Below are positions 8,954-18,298 of a stretch of DNA of 40,872 nt, in pieces. Positions within the stretch are counted from its first letter, which is position 1, and every line of letters starts with the position of its first letter. Location: positions 1 through 40,872 of the forward strand of contig CAMVKF010000002.1 in the NCBI GenBank assembly GCA_947168035.1. The letters run 5' to 3'. Origin of the DNA: an uncultured Clostridia bacterium. Its GTDB lineage: Bacteria > Bacillota > Clostridia > TANB77 > CAG-508. Both the position numbers and the translations under genes were made by a program. The notes below the pieces were generated by a model. It worked only from the letters and a program-made list of their open reading frames with translations. It had not been told where the DNA came from and did not search any database.

Positions 8954-10216
8954 ATGAATATTTTAGAAATAATTGCTAAAAAAAGAGATGAAAAAATTTT
9001 AACTAAAAAAGAAATAGAATTTTTTATAAATGGCTATGTAGATGGAACAATTGCTGACTATCAAGCTAGTGCTTTAGTTATGGCAATATATTTAAATGGA
9101 ATGACAGATGAAGAATTGTTAGACCTTACATTTTGTATGGCAAATTCAGGAGATGTTTTAGATTTATCTGAATTTGGCGAAAATGTGGTAGATAAACATT
9201 CCACAGGTGGAGTAGGTGATAAAGTATCAATCGTACTTTTACCAATTATTGCATCACTTGGTATTCCTGTTGCAAAAATGTCAGGTAGAGGTTTAGGCTT
9301 TACTGGTGGAACTATTGATAAATTAGAATCTATTCCTGGGTTTAATACATCTGTTTCAATCCCTAAGTTTAAAGAATATGTAAAAAATATTGGAATAAGC
9401 ATTATTGGGCAAACAGCAGATCTAGCACCTGCAGATAAAAAACTTTATGCTTTAAGAGATACAATATCTTGTGTAGATAACATTCCACTTATTGCTTCAA
9501 GTATTATGAGTAAAAAAATTGCAGCAGGCGCCAATAAAATAGTTCTAGAAGTTACCTATGGAAAAGGTGCTTTTATGAAATCATTAGAAGGTGCTAAATT
9601 ACTTGCCGAAAAAATGGAAGCTCTTGGGAAGTTAGCAGGTAGAGAGGTAAAATCTGTTTTCACACCAATGGATGAACCAATAGGCTATTGTGTTGGAAAT
9701 AACTTAGAAATAATAGAGGCAATTAACTTTTTAAATGGAACAGTAATGCCAGAAGATTTAAAAAATGTAGTATTAGAACTTGGTATCCATATTATAAAAT
9801 TAGCCGGAAAAGGTGATAATTTAGAGCAAAATAAATTAAAAATGATAGAAACTTTAAATAATGGTTTAGCTTTAAATAAATTTAAACAAATGGTTAAAAA
9901 CCAAGGCGGAGATACTTCATACATAGATGATATAACTAAATTTGAAAAGGCAAAATATATTGTAGATGTTAAAAGTAAACAATCTGGAGAAATTGTAGAA
10001 ATAAATGCTGAAGAAATAGGAAAATTAGCTTGCACACTAGGTGCAGGAAGAATTAGAAAAGAAGATACAATAGATATGTCTGCTGGAATTGTTTTAAATA
10101 AAAAAATAGGACAAAAAGTAGAAGCAGGTGATACATTAGCTACAATTTATACAAATAATGCAGAAAAAGCAAAATTTGCCGAAAATGAAATATTAGATAT
10201 TTATAAGATACAATAA
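8954..10216 (+). CDS. pdp: Pyrimidine-nucleoside (thymidine) phosphorylase
   Basis: 420 aa with DKHSTGGVGDK and SGRGLGFTGGTIDKLESIPGF motifs. Confidence 0.95.
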   Translation: MNILEIIAKKRDEKILTKKEIEFFINGYVDGTIADYQASALVMAIYLNGMTDEELLDLTFCMANSGDVLDLSEFGENVVDKHSTGGVGDKVSIVLLPIIASLGIPVAKMSGRGLGFTGGTIDKLESIPGFNTSVSIPKFKEYVKNIGISIIGQTADLAPADKKLYALRDTISCVDNIPLIASSIMSKKIAAGANKIVLEVTYGKGAFMKSLEGAKLLAEKMEALGKLAGREVKSVFTPMDEPIGYCVGNNLEIIEAINFLNGTVMPEDLKNVVLELGIHIIKLAGKGDNLEQNKLKMIETLNNGLALNKFKQMVKNQGGDTSYIDDITKFEKAKYIVDVKSKQSGEIVEINAEEIGKLACTLGAGRIRKEDTIDMSAGIVLNKKIGQKVEAGDTLATIYTNNAEKAKFAENEILDIYKIQ

Positions 10217-10245
10217 AATGTTATAGTAAATTTTTGCACAAAGTA

Positions 10246-10318
10246 GCCAAACGCAGGGATTGCACTTTTCTTTTGAAAACTTGGAAAAAGAAAACGTCCA
10301 ATCCCGACGAGATTTGGC
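10246..10318. repeat. GC-rich long imperfect hairpin downstream of pdp
   Basis: gccaaacgcagggattgcacttttctttt...aaaagaaaacgtccaatcccgacgagatttggc. Pairing blocks are GCCAAA/TTTGGC, GGGATTG/CAATCCC and CTTTTCTTTT/AAAAGAAAA. Confidence 0.5.
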
Positions 10319-10437
10319 GGATTTTATAGCACTTAATGAACCGTAACAAATATTTATTACCAAAAAATTTCATATTGAATTTTATTTTAAAAGTGTTATA
10401 ATATTTATAGAGTTAAATTTAGAAAGGAATGAATATA

Positions 10438-10569
10438 ATGAAAAAATTAAAAAAACTTTCAAAAATGAATAAAGGTGAACTTGCAGTAAAAATAATTGCA
10501 CTCGCATTATCAATAATGATGATTTTTTCAGCATGTATATCACTTATTTTCTATTTTTTGAATAAGTAA
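10438..10569 (+). CDS. Possible 43-aa hydrophobic peptide (not in the ORF track)
   Basis: An ATG follows gaaaggaatgaatata. The translation is MKKLKKLSKMNKGELAVKIIALALSIMMIFSACISLIFYFLNK, with a single TM-like helix. No homology support. Confidence 0.3.
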   Translation: MKKLKKLSKMNKGELAVKIIALALSIMMIFSACISLIFYFLNK

Positions 10570-10639
10570 GAATATAATTGTAAAAATTCATAAATTGATT
10601 ATCTCAAACTATACTCAGGAGAAAGGAATCTAGCAAATA

Positions 10640-11516
10640 ATGGATAATATAGTATCGGTTTTACAAAATTATAAGCAAAACCCACTTGAACTTATAACCC
10701 TTTTAATAGATATAACCTTAGTAATTTTTTTAATATATAATTTATTAAAAATTTCAAAAGATTCTAGAGCATGGCAATTAATAAAAGGAATTGCTTTTCT
10801 AATAATTGCAACTTGGCTTAGTGGATTGCTAAAATTACATATTTTAAACTACATTTTGTCCGCAATTATGAATTGGGGTGTAATTTTATTAATAATAATT
10901 TTCCAACCAGAAATTAGAAGAGCCTTAGAACAGCTTCGGTACAAATAAATTTACCAAACTATTTGGTATGGATAAAGATATAGCCTCAAGAACAAAAGAA
11001 GATATATATAAAATATCTATTGCGGTAACTGAACTTGCTAAAAGCAAAACTGGAGCACTAATTGTAATTGAAAGAGATATTAGAATAAAAGATATTATTT
11101 CAACTGGTGTAGAAATGATGTCTGAGGTATCTCCTCAATTATTAGTGAATATCTTTGTTCCTAATACCCCTTTACATGATGGTGCTGTTGTAATTAGTGA
11201 TAATAAAATAGCTGCCGCAGCGTGTATGTTGCCACTTGCAAGTGATGCAGATATTGCAAAAGAACTAGGTACAAGACATAGAGCAGCAATAGGTATTTCA
11301 AAAGAGTCTGATAGTATTGCAGTTGTAGTTTCAGAAGAAACAGGAAAAATTTCTGTTGCCAAAGACGGTATTTTAATTGCAGATGTAAGAGAAGATGTTC
11401 TTAAAAAAATATTAATAAGTAATATTGTTACAAAAAGATTTCCTGAAAAAAATGAACAAAAGGAGAACTATTGGCAGAAATTAAAAATAAAATTCAAAAA
11501 AGAAAACAATAAATAA
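10640..11516 (+). CDS. cdaA: Diadenylate cyclase CdaA, interrupted by a +1 frame break at in-frame CGG 10937-10939
   Basis: The N-terminal part has 3 TM helices ending ...FQPEIRRALEQL. The zero frame reads cgg tac aaa taa. Skipping c10937 gives EQL-G-TNKFTKLFGMDKD... and continues into the DAC domain (TPLHDGAVVI, GTRHRAAIGIS). The two track ORFs 10640..10948 and 10968..11516 are one gene. Confidence 0.85.
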
Positions 11517-11518
11517 AA

Positions 11519-11715
11519 GTTACAATCACAGCTTTCAAGTTTATCTAGTCCTGCAACGGTCAAAACTTTTTATTTTATTACTCGGGCCTTCCCTACTTAC
11601 GCTGTAACAATGCTAACGCATTTAACAGCTCTCAGCGGTCCCCCCGAGACCCTCGTTTAAAATAAAAAGTATCGACCTGCACGGACTTTAAACGATTATT
11701 GCTGTAATTTGTAAC
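11519..11715. repeat. Palindromic intergenic element A (MITE-like; cacagc-type arms, GC-rich core)
   Basis: The ends gttacaatcacagc... and ...gctgtaatttgtaac are inverted. About 60 nt of each arm is related (agtcctgcaacggtcaaaactttttatttta against the reverse complement agtccgtgcaggtcgatactttttatttta). It lies between the convergent cdaA and htrA genes. Confidence 0.75.
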
Positions 11716-11719
11716 TTTT

Positions 11720-12964
11720 TTATTGTTGTTCACCTAATTCTATTGAAATTTCTTTTTCTTTTCCGTCTCTAACTATTTTTAATTTCATAGTATCTCCAAT
11801 AGAATGTGTATTTTTTATTTCGTTTAATTCATTCATTGTTGTTATTTTTTTACCATCTGCTTCTATTATTACATCTCCAATTTTAAGACTTGCTTTTTCT
11901 GCTGCTGAATATTCATCTATATATACAATATAAATTCCCTCACTTAAATTATATTTTTTAGCTGTTGCTTCATTTAAATCTCTTCCCTTTATTCCAATAT
12001 AAGGTCTTCTTACTTTATTATAAGTTTTTAATTGATTTATTATATCTGTTGTAGAATTTATTGGAATTGCAAAACCTATGCCTTCAACACCTGTGCTAGA
12101 AACCTTCAAAGTATTAATTCCTATTACTTGACCTTGCGAATTTACCAAAGCTCCTCCACTATTTCCTGAATTGATTGCAGCATCTGTTTGAATACATGTA
12201 TATGATGCAGTTTTTTCACTATCTTCAACTTTTCTATTAATTGCGCTTACAACTCCACATGTAATTGTAGTTCCTAAATCTAATGGATTTCCAACTGCCA
12301 TAGCAAATTCTCCTACTTTTACACTATCAGAATCTGCAAATTCTGCAGGAGTTAAATCTGTTTTGTCAATTTTTAAAACAGCTAAATCGGTTTGTGAATC
12401 TTTTCCTACAATAGTTGCATCATATGTTTTTTCATCTCCATATAATGAAACTTTAATAGATTTAGCTTCTGATATTTCATAGTATTGAGATTCTGTGCTA
12501 GAGTCTACAACATGATTATTTGTTACTATATAACCATCAGCACTTAGTATTATTCCTGAACCAGAAGCAGTTGCTTCAGTTTTAGAATTACCACTATTAA
12601 ACCCAAACATACTAAAATATGAAGATGTTGTAACATCATATGTTATTGTTATTCCAACAATTGATGGAAGAATTTTGCTTGCTGCAAATACTGCTGTGTC
12701 TGAATAATTTGAAAGAGAAACTAAATTAGAGTTAATTATTCCATCATTTACAGTAGCATTATAAGAACTTTGCGTGTTTGTGTCTACTTTTCCTATAATC
12801 TTTTCTTTTATACTAGGTACTCCAAAACATGTCCCTATAACTAGTGTACAACCTAAAACACTACTTATAAATGGGGTTAAAACATTTCTTCCAAAACTTC
12901 CTTTGGATTTTGAGTTATAATCTACAACATTTTTAAAATCATTTTCATTCATAAAAAATTCCAT
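11720..12964 (-). CDS. htrA: HtrA/DegP-family serine protease with a PDZ domain
   Basis: N-terminal TM helix, catalytic TNNHVV, DLAVLKI and GNSGGALV motifs, and a C-terminal PDZ-like region. Confidence 0.9.
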   Translation of the reverse strand: MEFFMNENDFKNVVDYNSKSKGSFGRNVLTPFISSVLGCTLVIGTCFGVPSIKEKIIGKVDTNTQSSYNATVNDGIINSNLVSLSNYSDTAVFAASKILPSIVGITITYDVTTSSYFSMFGFNSGNSKTEATASGSGIILSADGYIVTNNHVVDSSTESQYYEISEAKSIKVSLYGDEKTYDATIVGKDSQTDLAVLKIDKTDLTPAEFADSDSVKVGEFAMAVGNPLDLGTTITCGVVSAINRKVEDSEKTASYTCIQTDAAINSGNSGGALVNSQGQVIGINTLKVSSTGVEGIGFAIPINSTTDIINQLKTYNKVRRPYIGIKGRDLNEATAKKYNLSEGIYIVYIDEYSAAEKASLKIGDVIIEADGKKITTMNELNEIKNTHSIGDTMKLKIVRDGKEKEISIELGEQQ

Positions 12965-13059
12965 TCCTTTCTAAATAACACTTTTTAACATATTACTCCC
13001 AATTTGTGATTATTTTGTGAACAAAATGTATTATTTTTGAAAAATCCGAAAAGAGGGAT

Positions 13060-14121
13060 TTATTCGTCATCGCCTTTTAATTTTTCTGCCCTATCTGCTG
13101 CTGTTAAATTATCTATCATTTCATCTAAATCTCCATTTAAAAAGTTTTCCATTTGATATATACTAAATCCAATTCTATGGTCTGTTATTCTACCTTGTGG
13201 GTAATTATATGTACGTATTTTTTCACTTCTGTCTCCTGAACCAACTTGAGATTTTCTTGTTGATGCAATCTCAGAATCTTGTTTTTGCTTTTATATTTCA
13301 TATGATCTAGATTTTAATAAATTCATTGCATATTCTCTATTTTGAAGCTGAGACCTTTGTGTTTGGCATTCTGCTACCATTCCTGTTGGAATGTGTATAA
13401 GCCTTACAGCAGATGAGGTTTTGTTGATGTGCTGTCCTCCAGCACCAGATGCTCTAAATACTTCCATTTTTATATCTGCTGGGTTTATTTCTATTTCTAC
13501 ATCTTCTACTACTGGAAGTACAGCTACAGTTGCAGTTGAAGTATGAATTCTACCACTGCTTTCTGTATCTGGCACACGTTGTACTCTATGTACCCCACTT
13601 TCAAATTTTAACCTACTATATGCACCTTTTCCTGTTACCATAAATGATATTTCCTTGTAACCACCAAGCTCTGTAGAATTTTCATTTAAAACTTCTATTT
13701 TCCAATGTTTTCTTTCTGCATACATTCCATACATTCTAAATAGAGTTCCTGCAAATAAAGCAGCTTCTTCTCCACCTGCTCCGCCACGAATTTCACATAT
13801 AACGCTTTTATCATCATTTGGGTCTTTAGGTATTAGTAAAAATTTTAATTCTTCTTCTATTTTTTCTAGTTTTTCTTTAGATGAATAATATTCTTCTTCT
13901 GCTAACTCCTTCATTTCTTTGTCTTCTAACATTTCTTTTGCTTCATTCATATTATTTAGGGTTTGCTTATATTCTCTATACTTTTGAACAACATCTTCCA
14001 TAGAACTATGTTCTTTAACTAGTTTTTTCCATTCATTATTATTACTAATTACTTCAGGATCTCCTATTTTTAATGTTAATTCATCATACCTTTTTTCTAC
14101 CAATTCTAATTTTTCAAACAT
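13060..14121 (-). CDS. prfA: Peptide chain release factor 1 with an in-frame TAA at 13291-13293
   Basis: It has an RF1-type PxT tripeptide ([14 protein letters not shown]) and the GGQ motif ([11 protein letters not shown]). The track ORF ends ...SRSYEI*. The same frame then continues for 76 codons ([41 protein letters not shown]...GDDE*), which is the conserved RF1 C-terminus. The start is probably MFEKLE at 14121. Confidence 0.85.
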
Positions 14122-14182
14122 AAAAATTCTCATTCCTTTCTAAACTTTTCACATTATACCATTTTTTCTCTTATAAATCAAT

Positions 14183-14205
14183 AGAGACGGATTTTTTCCG
14201 CCTCT
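14183..14205 (-). terminator. Hairpin between the T4CP gene and prfA (weak terminator candidate)
   Basis: agagacgg-attttttc-cgcctct. The downstream T-run on the minus strand is poor. Confidence 0.35.
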
Positions 14206-14213
14206 ACTGTTAT

Positions 14214-16331
14214 TTAATCATTATTAGCTGAACCAAATAGCTCATCAAATTTAGCTTCTAATTCTTTTTGAAGATCGTATTCTTCCTCTTCTTCATTCAT
14301 TGGAAGCATTGGTGCATCTGATAAATCTGGTACATTATGTGCATCTGGTACACTTGGTATATTTGGCATATCAGGTTCATCTTCCATTTTTAATTTATTA
14401 TTTTCTGGTTTATTATTAAGATTTATATCTAAATCATTTAAATCTAGTTTAATATCATTTGCCTTTTTTTCATTTTTTTGTTCTTCAGTTTTTTCATCAG
14501 CAAATAAATCATCTAATGAGTCTACCTTTAAATCATTTGTTTTGTTTTGTTCACTTTCCTCAACATAAGGATTATATGGATTATATTTTCTCCATTTTCC
14601 TCTATCTATTTCACCAATATCGTTATGGCTTATTTCTAAACCTGCCATTTCTTTTGCCATTGGCTTTTTGAAATAATAGAATTTCTTAGCTTTTATGGGT
14701 TTTATTCCTTTTTCAAAAATAATACATAAATCATTGTCCATTCTTCTTAATTCATCAGGTGTCATTAAAGCTCTTCCCATTATTTGATCTGAATCACTTG
14801 TTCCTGTTTTGTGGTATTCCTTATCTCTATTAGTTGAAATACTTTTATGTGATATAGTTTTTTCACCTAATGCCTTTGAAAAATATTCTACCGTTTTTTG
14901 AGAGTTACTTCCTAAAAACAAATGTGTATCACAGTTACCAATTATTGTTTCATGTGCTTTTTCATATATTGCCTCTAATTGGTCTAAGTTTTGTAAAATA
15001 ACACTAAATGATATTTTTCTACTTCTTGATGTTGATATTTTTTTATCAAAATCTGGTATTCTACCAATATTTGCAAACTCATCTAGAATAAAATAAGTAG
15101 GCACTTTTAATTTTCCACCATTATTATCTGCAAAGTCATATAATTGTTGAATCATTTGTGAGAAAAATATTGTAAGTAAGAAATCATATGCTCCGTGTGT
15201 ATCAGAAGAAATAACATATACAGCTGTTTTTTCACTACCTATTTCTTCAAAATCGATTGTATCTGTTGATGTTAACTCTGCAATTTCATTAGAGTCAAAT
15301 TTTCCTAATTTTGATTGAAGTGTACTTAATATTGAGTTATAGGTTTTTTCTGGTGCAATTTCTATAGATTTATAATTCATTCTTGCTGGATGGTCATATG
15401 GTAATACACTCATTAATTCTGTAAGTAAGTTACTTCCTCCATTTGAGTTTGCAGCTCTTACCATTTCTGCGCAGCTTGCTAAGTTTTGCTCTTCATTTGG
15501 TCTTGTTGCTATTAAGTAATAAATTAAAGCTTTAAGTAACATTTCTGCTGAATCATCCCAAAATGGATCCGATGTGCTTCCATCTGATTTTTGCCCCTTT
15601 ACTATAGTGTTTGCTATAACATCTACATCTATTTCAGAGCTAATATGCATTAATGGGTTATATCCATCACTAAACTGTGGATGTACTAAATTTAATACTT
15701 TTATTTTATAACCATTTTGTTTTAAAAATCCTGCTGTTCTATCATATAATTCACCTTTTGGGTCGGTAAATACATAAGACCCCAGTAATTGGTGTGCATT
15801 AGGAATTGAGTATGATGCAGATTTACCTGAACCCGAACCTCCGACAACTAGTACATTTACATTTCCTCTTTTATCAACTGGCAAATAGTTATTTTCTGCA
15901 AGGATTATTCCTTCTTTTTTATTTAAAATTTGATATTGTTCACCATGTGCACTCCAATCACTAGAACCGTGCTCAATATCGTCATACCTATGTTTAGGCA
16001 TAAGTCTTATTAGACCTACTATTAAAATAAGAGAATAAAACAAAGAAAATCCTAATAGATTTTTTACATATGTACCTATTTGCTTAACATTTGCAAGTTT
16101 TTTAAAGCCATCAATAGGATGTGTAAACATATATGAAAATGTTTTTATATACAAATTTGAATCAAAAGCTCCTTTTGCAATTTTTGTATAATTAGCTCCT
16201 GTCATTGGCATAACAAATACTATGGCTAATAAAAACCATAGTATAATAAACACTATAATTGTTGTTTTTCCTTTTTTTAATGCTCCCTCTAATTTATAAT
16301 TCATAGCTTTTACATTCCTCTCTTCAAACAA
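14214..16331 (-). CDS. Type IV secretion coupling protein (VirD4/TraG family)
   Basis: 705 aa with N-terminal TM helices, Walker A VVGGSGSGKSASYSIPN, TDPKGELY, Walker B-like YFILDEFANIG, and an acidic Pro/Asp-rich C-terminal tail. Confidence 0.85.
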   Translation of the reverse strand: MFEERNVKAMNYKLEGALKKGKTTIIVFIILWFLLAIVFVMPMTGANYTKIAKGAFDSNLYIKTFSYMFTHPIDGFKKLANVKQIGTYVKNLLGFSLFYSLILIVGLIRLMPKHRYDDIEHGSSDWSAHGEQYQILNKKEGIILAENNYLPVDKRGNVNVLVVGGSGSGKSASYSIPNAHQLLGSYVFTDPKGELYDRTAGFLKQNGYKIKVLNLVHPQFSDGYNPLMHISSEIDVDVIANTIVKGQKSDGSTSDPFWDDSAEMLLKALIYYLIATRPNEEQNLASCAEMVRAANSNGGSNLLTELMSVLPYDHPARMNYKSIEIAPEKTYNSILSTLQSKLGKFDSNEIAELTSTDTIDFEEIGSEKTAVYVISSDTHGAYDFLLTIFFSQMIQQLYDFADNNGGKLKVPTYFILDEFANIGRIPDFDKKISTSRSRKISFSVILQNLDQLEAIYEKAHETIIGNCDTHLFLGSNSQKTVEYFSKALGEKTISHKSISTNRDKEYHKTGTSDSDQIMGRALMTPDELRRMDNDLCIIFEKGIKPIKAKKFYYFKKPMAKEMAGLEISHNDIGEIDRGKWRKYNPYNPYVEESEQNKTNDLKVDSLDDLFADEKTEEQKNEKKANDIKLDLNDLDINLNNKPENNKLKMEDEPDMPNIPSVPDAHNVPDLSDAPMLPMNEEEEEYDLQKELEAKFDELFGSANND

Positions 16332-16385
16332 AAATCTTTTGACTTTTTTGTTTAAATCATTAGTTTATTTATGCTTACTTTTTTC

Positions 16386-16649
16386 CTAGTCTTTTTCAGG
16401 TACCGTTTTTTTGTCACTATCTTTATCTGGCGCTGGAATTGATATTTCAAGCGGTAGATCACCTATATATTCGTCTGTAGTGAATACAACTTTGTCTGGA
16501 TTATTCGGACTTTGTTGCACTGAAACTGTTCCCAAAGCAGATTCTCCCGAAGCTGGTGTAGCTATTCCATACATTTTAGGATGAGGTGCTTTTTCGTATT
16601 CTTTCAATAATTCTTTTATTTCTTCTGGTGTTCTTGTATTATTTGCCAT
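16386..16649 (-). CDS. Hypothetical 87-aa protein
   Basis: The ORF has its own RBS (gggagga, 8 nt before the ATG) and a TAG stop. I recognise no family. Confidence 0.55.
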   Translation of the reverse strand: MANNTRTPEEIKELLKEYEKAPHPKMYGIATPASGESALGTVSVQQSPNNPDKVVFTTDEYIGDLPLEISIPAPDKDSDKKTVPEKD

Positions 16650-16667
16650 TACTTAACTTCCTCCCTA

Positions 16668-17190
16668 CTATTTTTTTCCATCACCTAATTCAAATGCAAA
16701 ATATGATTTATTTGGTTTTAATTTGCATTTACCTTTTACTTCATTTGTAGCTTCATCATAGTAAAGTACAGGTTTAATTTCTTCTGCTGTTTCTGGGTCT
16801 ATAATAGTTATAGCTCTTTTTAAGTTTGGTGTATATTTAAATTCTTTAATCTCTGTTGTTTTATCAGAATATATTGTATTATATTTAAATGGAATAGGTT
16901 TTTTAGAAATTTTAACTTCATCATTAATAAGCAAACCATTATTAATAACAACCTTTTCTTTTGCAAAAGAAAAAATTATAAGTTGATTTCCGTTTATCTT
17001 GTGGGTCTTCTACATAAAAAGTTTTTCTTTTTAAATCCCCAACAAATGTTTCTGTAGTACGGAGTCTTTCTGCTGTATATTTTGGGTATTTATCCAAATA
17101 TTCTTTATTAGTTTTATAGACCTCATAAATAACAGTATTTACTCCTTTTGGATCTGTAATACTAAAGTGTTTTCCCTTCCATGATTCCAT
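16668..17190 (-). CDS. Hypothetical protein of about 174 aa, reconstructed across a +1 break at in-frame CGG (16990-16992)
   Basis: Track ORF 16942..17190 reads ...gat aaa CGG aaa... and stops 13 codons after the CGG. Skipping the C gives DK-G-NQLIIFSFAKEKVVINNGLLINDEVK..., which runs into track ORF 16668..16934. That ORF's listed TTG start has no RBS. Confidence 0.5.
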
Positions 17191-17256
17191 ATATTATTCC
17201 TCCATTTCCTATGATTAATATAACATAGTCTACTCATTTGTATATCACTAGACATA

Positions 17257-17285
17257 ATTATATCAATAATTGTACTTTATGTCAA
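17257..17285 (-). promoter_or_regulatory. Consensus sigma70 promoter (TTGACA-17-TATAAT) for the small-protein/T4CP operon
   Basis: Read on the minus strand: ctaTTGACAtaaagtacaattattgaTATAATtatg, about 65 nt upstream of the ATG at 17190. Confidence 0.6.
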
Positions 17286-17300
17286 TAGAATATCTGTTTT

Positions 17301-18212
17301 TTATTTATTTCTTGGATTAAAACTTGAAACTGTACTTAATTTTTCAAATAATTTTTTTTCTTCTTTACTCAGCTGTTTAGGTACCATAATATTTATTTTT
17401 GCAATTAAATCTCCACGACTACCTTTTCCATCTTTATAACCTTTTCCAGGAATTTTTATTGTTTCACCTGTTCCTAATCCTCCTGGTATTGCAACTTTAA
17501 TTCCTTCATCTATTGAATATACGGTAGTATTGGTTCCCAATGCCGCTTCCCAAGGCGTTAAGTATAAATCTGTATAAAGGTCATTTCCGTTTAACTTAAA
17601 TACTTGATTATTATTTATATTTACTTTAATGAACAAATCTCCGTTTTTTCCACCATTAAGTCCTGATTTTCCTTGACCTAATAATCTTATTTTCTCTCCA
17701 TTATGTATTCCTGCAGGAATTGAAACAGTAAATACTTTCATTTTTCCATCTACTGTTCTTAAAGATATTTTTTTATCAATTCCATAAAATACTTCATCAA
17801 GTTCAACATTAATACTTGTCTCAACGTTTTCACCCTTTCTTGGAATTTTTTCAGATTTTTTTACTTTTTGTTCTCTAGCTTCTATGTTCCCAAAAAAAAT
17901 ACTAAAAAATTCTCCAAATGCTGAATTTGATCTTTTATTTTCTTCTCTATATTTGCTCTGTGTTTTTGCTATATTATTTTTTGTCCATATTCTATCATAT
18001 TTTCTCTTTGCTCCTGTATCTGATAGTGTCTTATATGCCTCATTTATATCTTTAATTTTCTCCTCAGCTAGCTGGTCTTGAATATTTAAATCTGGATGAT
18101 TTTTTTTAACAGCTAATCTATATGCATTTTTAATTTCTTCTGAAGATACTTTATTTGTCTTTAGTTCAAGAATTTTATAATAATCCTTAAAAACCATATT
18201 TTTCCACTCCAA
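17301..18212 (-). CDS. J-domain co-chaperone of the CbpA/DnaJ class (no zinc-finger region)
   Basis: DYYKILE...HPDLN J-domain with the HPD motif, plus a DnaJ C-terminal substrate-binding domain (GEKIRLLGQGKSG, GDLFIKVNI, GDLIAKINI). Confidence 0.85.
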   Translation of the reverse strand: MEWKNMVFKDYYKILELKTNKVSSEEIKNAYRLAVKKNHPDLNIQDQLAEEKIKDINEAYKTLSDTGAKRKYDRIWTKNNIAKTQSKYREENKRSNSAFGEFFSIFFGNIEAREQKVKKSEKIPRKGENVETSINVELDEVFYGIDKKISLRTVDGKMKVFTVSIPAGIHNGEKIRLLGQGKSGLNGGKNGDLFIKVNINNNQVFKLNGNDLYTDLYLTPWEAALGTNTTVYSIDEGIKVAIPGGLGTGETIKIPGKGYKDGKGSRGDLIAKINIMVPKQLSKEEKKLFEKLSTVSSFNPRNK

Positions 18213-18298
18213 ATTTAAATTGTTATACTTAATTATTATACTATAAAAATAAAAAAAAATCCATAGTTTTTATGGATTTTTTTGTTTTACGTTTTTTT

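Noticed and set aside
13060-14133. The interrupted release factor considered as the canonical prfB (RF2) programmed +1 frameshift.
   Set aside because: The protein has the RF1-type PxT tripeptide (PDT), not SPF. The interruption is an in-frame TAA with no frame change, and there is no CUU UGA site or upstream SD-like element.
16650-16670. ORFs 16668..16934 and 16386..16649 are in the same frame, so I considered a readthrough fusion.
   Set aside because: Three stop codons (tag tag ... taa) lie between them, and the downstream ORF has its own gggagga RBS and ATG. They are separate genes.
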